Source: Anaerolineae bacterium (GTDB lineage Bacteria; Chloroflexota; Anaerolineae; UBA1429). Taken from it: 64,000 nt of DNA. Below the pieces are notes generated by a model. That model was not told the DNA's origin, made no database searches, and saw only the letters and a list, made by a program, of their open reading frames with translations. A program made the translations under genes and the position numbers. Below are positions 58,934 through 64,000 of the stretch, piece by piece; position 1 is the first letter of the stretch; each line of letters opens with the position of its first letter. The stretch is from NCBI GenBank assembly GCA_963675785.1, contig OY776562.1, positions 1,984,001 through 2,048,000 of the forward strand, written 5' to 3'.

Positions 58934-60049
58934 ATGTCAGAAACACCCAAGGGCCTTTTGGCCACCGGTCAGCCCGATTTGTTCTTTGAGGACAATGGGG
59001 TTGGCAGGATGAAAAAGCAGATCTGGGAGGCGACAGCCGCAGAGATCGATGCCATCCTGGAAGAATACGACGTGCCTTCACCCATCGAATGGGGCAAAGC
59101 TGGTTCGTATATTCAGACCACCGTTCGCCATCAGGTTGAACAAGAGCGCAGAAAGAACGACATCGTGCTGATTCCGGTGGGCTGCACCGAGCTTCACGGC
59201 CAGCACATGGTCAGCGCTTCGGATACCATCTATGTCAGCGCCATCTGCGAAGGCGTACGCCGCTACACCGCCAAACGCGGCGCCCCCGTAGCTGTAGCCC
59301 TGCCACCGCTCAACTATGGCTCGCACCCCTACCATCATCTGGGCATGCCCGGCACGGTGATTGTACGCGAGAACGTGGCCCGCGAGTTGTTGATCGACGT
59401 CATGCTTGGCCTGTGGAACGACGGCTATCGCAAGCAGATCATCGTCAACAACCACGGCCACCTGTGGATGCTAGAATCGGCATTGCAGCAGTTCTGCAAG
59501 CGCTACCAGCTCCCCGGCATCTATCGCGTTATCGACTGGCACCGTGCCACTCGCGAGTTCTGGCGCACCAAGGAACGCGGTGGTGAGTGGGACACCAACT
59601 TTGTACATGCCGACGAGTCCGAGACCTCGCTAAGCCTGCTCTTTACGCCGGACATGGTCGATATGAACTATGCTGTCGATACTGTAGGCAAGAGCTATCT
59701 GCCCGAAGGCCATTTTGACAAGTCGGTCGATCCCTTTGGTCGGCCCAGTCGCTGGTCAGAAGGCGAAGGTCAGTCCCCCATCGAGATCTCTGGCACGCCC
59801 GAGGGTGTGGTCGGTTTGGCCACCCACGGCGATGCCCAAAAGGCCAAGCGCCCGGTGGCAGCCATCCTCAAGTACCTCACCTTACTGGTTGATGACATCC
59901 TGGAGGCCTTCCCAGCCGGCACCCTTCCGCCGACCGAAGAAGTCAGCCTGCGCGATCCAGAAGAGCTGGCCCCCTACCTCAAGGAACCGTTCAGCGAGGG
60001 TTGGAAGCCTGTTTACGGCCTGCCCCGCGTTGGCCAGGACACTTACTGA
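58934..60049 (+). CDS. iolN: 3-dehydro-scyllo-inosose hydrolase (creatininase family)
   Basis: PVGCTELHG, GSHPYHHLGMPGT, NNHGH, HADESETS; context. Confidence 0.85.
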   Translation: MSETPKGLLATGQPDLFFEDNGVGRMKKQIWEATAAEIDAILEEYDVPSPIEWGKAGSYIQTTVRHQVEQERRKNDIVLIPVGCTELHGQHMVSASDTIYVSAICEGVRRYTAKRGAPVAVALPPLNYGSHPYHHLGMPGTVIVRENVARELLIDVMLGLWNDGYRKQIIVNNHGHLWMLESALQQFCKRYQLPGIYRVIDWHRATREFWRTKERGGEWDTNFVHADESETSLSLLFTPDMVDMNYAVDTVGKSYLPEGHFDKSVDPFGRPSRWSEGEGQSPIEISGTPEGVVGLATHGDAQKAKRPVAAILKYLTLLVDDILEAFPAGTLPPTEEVSLRDPEELAPYLKEPFSEGWKPVYGLPRVGQDTY

Positions 60050-60076
60050 GTAATCAACGAATAACGGAGCAGCTGC

Positions 60077-60892
60077 ATGAATTTGAGCATCGTTCTCTCG
60101 ACACATCAGGCCAGTTTTCAGGCTGTGGCCTTTAAAGGAGACCTGGAAGAGAATATCAAACGCGTGACGGGATGGGGTTATCGCGGTGTTGAACTGGCTA
60201 TCCGTGACCCACGGTTGGTGAATGCTAACCAGCTCTTGGAGCTGGTAGCCAAATACAATGCGGTGATCCCTGCCATCGGCACCGGGCAAGCCTGGGGAGA
60301 GGAGCACCTCTCTTATACTGATCCGGATCCGGCCGTGCGGCGCGCCGCTATTGAGCGAACCAAGTCACACATCCCTTTTGCGGCGAGGGCCGATGCACTC
60401 ATTATCATTGGGTTGCTACGCGGGCTGGTGCGCCCCGAGATAGAACATGCCCAGGCTATGGAATGGATGATCTCGGCACTACAAGAGTGCTGTGATGCAG
60501 CTGCTGACGAAGGCGTTCGTATCGCTCTTGAGCCGCTAAACCGCTACGAGACCACCCTAATCAACACTACCGCCCAGGGACTCGATATGCTGGCGACCAT
60601 CGCCCGGCCCAATATGGGCCTGTTGCTGGATACGTTCCACATGAACATCGAGGACCCCGACATCATCGCAGCCATCGTCCAGGCCGGAGATCGCGTGTTC
60701 CACTTTCACATTGCCGATTCGAACCGTTGGTATCCTGGCGCCGGCCATCTCGATTTTGGGCACATCCTGCGATCGCTGGACGACAGTGGCTACAAGGGCT
60801 GGGTTTCGGGCGAGTTTATGCCCATACCCGACGCTAATACGTCGGCGCTACGCTGCATCGAACACCTGCGCGTGCTTCAACTAGTCGATTGA
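60077..60892 (+). CDS. iolO: 5-keto-L-gluconate epimerase (AP endonuclease 2 TIM barrel)
   Basis: FQAVAFKG, ELAIRDP, IGTGQ, EPLNRYET, DTFHMNIE, ADSNRWYPGAGHLDF. Confidence 0.85.
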   Translation: MNLSIVLSTHQASFQAVAFKGDLEENIKRVTGWGYRGVELAIRDPRLVNANQLLELVAKYNAVIPAIGTGQAWGEEHLSYTDPDPAVRRAAIERTKSHIPFAARADALIIIGLLRGLVRPEIEHAQAMEWMISALQECCDAAADEGVRIALEPLNRYETTLINTTAQGLDMLATIARPNMGLLLDTFHMNIEDPDIIAAIVQAGDRVFHFHIADSNRWYPGAGHLDFGHILRSLDDSGYKGWVSGEFMPIPDANTSALRCIEHLRVLQLVD

Positions 60893-60901
60893 TCGACAAA
60901 G

Positions 60902-60937
60902 AAAAAGGCTCCGACCATGATGGTCGGAGCCTTTTTT
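60902..60937. terminator. Bidirectional terminator
   Basis: AAAAAGGCTCCGACCA-TGA-TGGTCGGAGCCTTTTTT. Confidence 0.88.
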
Positions 60938-60950
60938 GATGCCCAAAATG

Positions 60951-61607
60951 CTACCAGTTACGAGATGCTATGGTTACCTGAAAGCTGGAATCGATCGAGA
61001 AATAGGAATAGGCCGAAGAGGCGACTGTGCCCAGCCAAACCCAGGCTGCATCCGAAAGGAATGCCGGAGCGTTATCAGTAAGGAGCACTGTAAGCAACGA
61101 AGCGGCGCCAGTGATGAAATACACGCAGAAATAGAGGACGGCCAACCAGACGGCGCTGGTTGAGGATGTGTCATCATCGGGCTCAACGACCTCTTCGTCA
61201 TCCAATGCACCCACCACCGCCACGGGCAGGGCCACGCGCGCACCAAGGAATGAGGCCAGCCCGAGCATCTTGCAGCGAGCCCGAGAAGGCGATCTAAGGG
61301 CATGCCAGCCCACACTGAGGGACTTGTGTTTGGCGGGATCCTTGAGAGCCACCACAGAAGTGCTCGATTGACTGCCACGACTAAAGCCAGCCGTTACCAC
61401 CGCACCAACCAAGCCCGAGAGTCCAGCCACAACGCGCGTCCAGGCGTCTGTGAACACAGGATCCGGTTCGGTGAGTGTGCGATAAATGGCAATGCCCATG
61501 ACCAACGCATAAATGAGAACTGCCATCACCGTCAGCATGAGCGAAAGAATCCTTCGCAGACGTTGAGGCAGCAATTCGCTCTCGATAATTTCTTCCACGT
61601 CACCCAT
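60951..61607 (-). CDS. Hypothetical membrane protein (two TM hairpins)
   Basis: Four hydrophobic segments; RBS GGAGG; upstream TTGACG-18-TATAAT. Confidence 0.65.
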   Translation of the reverse strand: MGDVEEIIESELLPQRLRRILSLMLTVMAVLIYALVMGIAIYRTLTEPDPVFTDAWTRVVAGLSGLVGAVVTAGFSRGSQSSTSVVALKDPAKHKSLSVGWHALRSPSRARCKMLGLASFLGARVALPVAVVGALDDEEVVEPDDDTSSTSAVWLAVLYFCVYFITGAASLLTVLLTDNAPAFLSDAAWVWLGTVASSAYSYFSIDSSFQVTIASRNW

Positions 61608-61705
61608 CCTCCTGTATTCCTGTCGGCATTATAACGGGTTCACATGGTTGACGTCAACGAAAAAGGGGCATCTCGTAAGATGCCCCTCATATACTCGTTG
61701 GATAG

Positions 61706-62935
61706 CTATTCTTTTACAACGATACGGCGATAGCGCTTTTTGCCTGCACGCAATGTCGCCGAGCCTTTTTCAAGATCAGCCAGGGTGAACATCTGATCAA
61801 AAGAGTCAACCCGTTCGTCGTTGATGTAGGCACCGCCCTGCTGAATCAGCCGACGCACTTCACTGGCTGAAGCACACAAGCCTGTACGTTGAAAGACCTC
61901 GGCAAACGACACACCGGCTTTGAGTTCCTCACCAGAAATCTCGGTGGTGGGAATGTCGATATCGGCATTGCCAGCCCCAAACAGAGCCTTGGAAGCCTCT
62001 TCAGCCTTGTCCGCCTCTTCTTTACCATGCACGACCGAGGTCACCTCATGAGCCAACACTCGCTTGGCCCGATTGATTTCAGCGTCCTTGAGCTTGGCCA
62101 ATTCGTTGATCTCTTCCATTGGCAAGAAGGTGAACAATTTGAGGAAGCGTACGACGTCTGCATCCTCGGCATTCACCCAATACTGGTAGAAATCATAGGG
62201 CGAGAGGCGATCTGGATCCAGCCAAACGGCGCCAGCTGCGGTTTTGCCCATTTTAGCGCCCGATGAGGTCGTTAGGAGGGGGAAGGTTAGGGCAAAAGCT
62301 TCGCCACCTTCCACACGGCGAATCAATTCGACGCCCGCTAAAATATTGCCCCACTGATCGTTACCACCGCATTGGAGCAAGCAATTCTCGTATTTGAAGA
62401 GGTGCAAAAAGTCATAAGCCTGCAAGAGCTGATAGTTGAACTCGATGAAAGAAAGGCCCCTTTCCAGACGCTGCTTGTAGGCTTCGGCAGCCAACATGCG
62501 GTTCACCGAAAAGTGGCGACCAATATCACGCAGGAATTCGACATAGTTAAGCTTACGCAGCCAATCGGCGTTATTGAGCATCACCGCTTTGTCGTCCGAA
62601 AAGTCGATGAATCGACTAATCTGCTTTTTGAGGGCTTCTGCGTTCTCATCAATCTGTTCCACAGTAAGCAGCTGGCGCAACTCTGTTCGCCCACTGGGAT
62701 CTCCGATCATGCCCGTACCACCACCAATGAGCGGGATGGGCCGATGACCAGCTCGTTGCATATGCGCCAGAACCATCAAGGTGACCAAGCTACCACAATG
62801 CAGGCTAGAAGCCGAGGGATCATAGCCAATATACAAGGAGATGCTCTTCTCTTCGAGGACGGCACGCAAGCGCTCTTCATCCGAGACTTGTTCGACAAAG
62901 CCCCGTTCCTTTAGGACATCTAGTACGTTAGTCAT
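61706..62935 (-). CDS. tyrS: Tyrosine--tRNA ligase
   Basis: GYDPSASSLHCGS, EFNYQLLQAYDF, GGNDQWGN, KMGKT, C-terminal S4; terminator at 61661-61687. Confidence 0.98.
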   Translation of the reverse strand: MTNVLDVLKERGFVEQVSDEERLRAVLEEKSISLYIGYDPSASSLHCGSLVTLMVLAHMQRAGHRPIPLIGGGTGMIGDPSGRTELRQLLTVEQIDENAEALKKQISRFIDFSDDKAVMLNNADWLRKLNYVEFLRDIGRHFSVNRMLAAEAYKQRLERGLSFIEFNYQLLQAYDFLHLFKYENCLLQCGGNDQWGNILAGVELIRRVEGGEAFALTFPLLTTSSGAKMGKTAAGAVWLDPDRLSPYDFYQYWVNAEDADVVRFLKLFTFLPMEEINELAKLKDAEINRAKRVLAHEVTSVVHGKEEADKAEEASKALFGAGNADIDIPTTEISGEELKAGVSFAEVFQRTGLCASASEVRRLIQQGGAYINDERVDSFDQMFTLADLEKGSATLRAGKKRYRRIVVKE

Positions 62936-63045
62936 GGCATCTCCTGTGATTTGACGCAATTGCTCTAGCACATTAGCATCAGCAAAATGTGACTATATCG
63001 ATGGTATTCGCGGCACGAGCAGGTGTCAAATGAACGGGGGACCGG

Positions 63046-63768
63046 GTGCTGGATAATCTTTTGCTGCTGGCGTTGATTTGCGCCTGCGGCGCGTTTGTAT
63101 CAGGCCTAGCGGGTTTTGGCTCTGGATTGGTTCTAATGGGCACCCTGGTGGCATTTATGGATATCCAAGTGGCCTCCTCCGTCACCGCAATTATCTCGTT
63201 GGGGTTGGCACTGGCCAACATGATCTCCGTCTGGAAGCATGTCCCCTGGAACGAAGTCTGGCGCCCAGCCGCTACAGCGTTGCCCATGGTGTGGGTTGGC
63301 GTCTTTATGCTGCAAAACCTCAACGACAGTGTGCTCAAGGGTCTGCTGGTCTTTATCATCTTGGCAGGCTGTGCTATTTCTTTGTGGTCTCCGGGCAAGC
63401 AAGAAATCAAAAGTCCCCTTTGGGCTTATGCCACAGGCATCATCGCAGGCCTGTTTGGCGGCTGCATGAACACTGCCGGCCCTCCGGTAGTGCTGTACAC
63501 CCTACTGAGTGGTTGGGACAAGAAAAAGAGCAAGGGCTATATGTCCTTCCTCTTCCTGGTTCTGGTGGTAATGCGCATCATCCTGCTGTCCACCAGTGGA
63601 TTGATGCCCACCACTGTCGTCTCGACGGGACTTTTATTATTGGCGCCCGTATTCGTGGCGTGGTATGCTGGGAAAACTGTGTTCGCACGCCTGTCGGATG
63701 ATCGATTCCGCTGGATTGCGGTCATAATCCTAGTCGGCATTGCCATCCGCTTGTTGGTTACACTCTAG
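63046..63768 (+). CDS. TauE/SafE (TSUP) family exporter
   Basis: GLAGFGSGL, GLFGG...GPP; about 8 TMs. Confidence 0.88.
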   Translation: MLDNLLLLALICACGAFVSGLAGFGSGLVLMGTLVAFMDIQVASSVTAIISLGLALANMISVWKHVPWNEVWRPAATALPMVWVGVFMLQNLNDSVLKGLLVFIILAGCAISLWSPGKQEIKSPLWAYATGIIAGLFGGCMNTAGPPVVLYTLLSGWDKKKSKGYMSFLFLVLVVMRIILLSTSGLMPTTVVSTGLLLLAPVFVAWYAGKTVFARLSDDRFRWIAVIILVGIAIRLLVTL

Positions 63769-63804
63769 CTCAACCTGATAGCGATAGATTGTGAGGTGTA
63801 GATT

Positions 63805-64000
63805 GTGAGTACGTTCCTGCACATTTTCTCCAACAACATCCTGCCCGTATTTATCACCATCGGCATCGGTTTTCTGCTAGACCGCACATCCCATATCGAT
63901 AAAAAGACCCTTTCCAGGGTTACGGTCTATGTTTTTTCGCCTTGTTTGGTATTTGCTACACTCGTCAAGAATACGGCCGACCCCAGAGACTTTGCTATGA
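63805..64000 (+). CDS. AEC family transporter (5' part only)
   Basis: Manual translation MSTFLHIFSNNILPVFITIGIGFLL...TLSRVTVYVFSPCLVFATL. Confidence 0.8.
   Translation, partial: MSTFLHIFSNNILPVFITIGIGFLLDRTSHIDKKTLSRVTVYVFSPCLVFATLVKNTADPRDFAM

Overview
Bacterial chromosomal window, probably from an anaerobic Chloroflexota (Anaerolineae-like) organism. That is an inference from gene content (GT39 and O-antigen-ligase/TPR membrane proteins, Thr/Pro-rich exported proteins), not from a marker gene. (i) 1-19 kb is an accessory region downstream of the 3' end of a tRNA-Asp(GTC). It holds mostly minus-strand detox/stress and unknown genes (GyrI, Lrp-LysE, radical SAM, YgiD, VOC, GNATs, nitrilase, MerR). 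It also has a decayed duplicate of an ORF283-dcd pair, a reused terminator+promoter module and an inverted triad of WxL-like surface-protein genes. No integrase is present. (ii) 19-49 kb is mostly housekeeping: ltaE, GH27, rluD, lspA, aspS followed by a 6S RNA, map, udk, a GT4x3/ligase-TPR/WecA glycosylation locus, cyclophilin, mgtE, a NifX-family pair, dusB, a PfkB kinase and flotillin/NfeD. (iii) 49-61 kb is a catabolic cluster: sulfatase, two GDPDs, and a LacI with twin palindromic operators ahead of Thermotoga-type iolM-iolG-iolN-iolO. Then tyrS and transporters follow. The strongest novel candidates are a 40-codon proline-rich uORF folded into a long stem upstream of mgtE (MgtL-like Mg2+ attenuator), and an inositol pathway linked to a GDPD carrying an NPP1/Vps62-like N-terminal domain. 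All family calls are by eye from motifs; no database searches were run.
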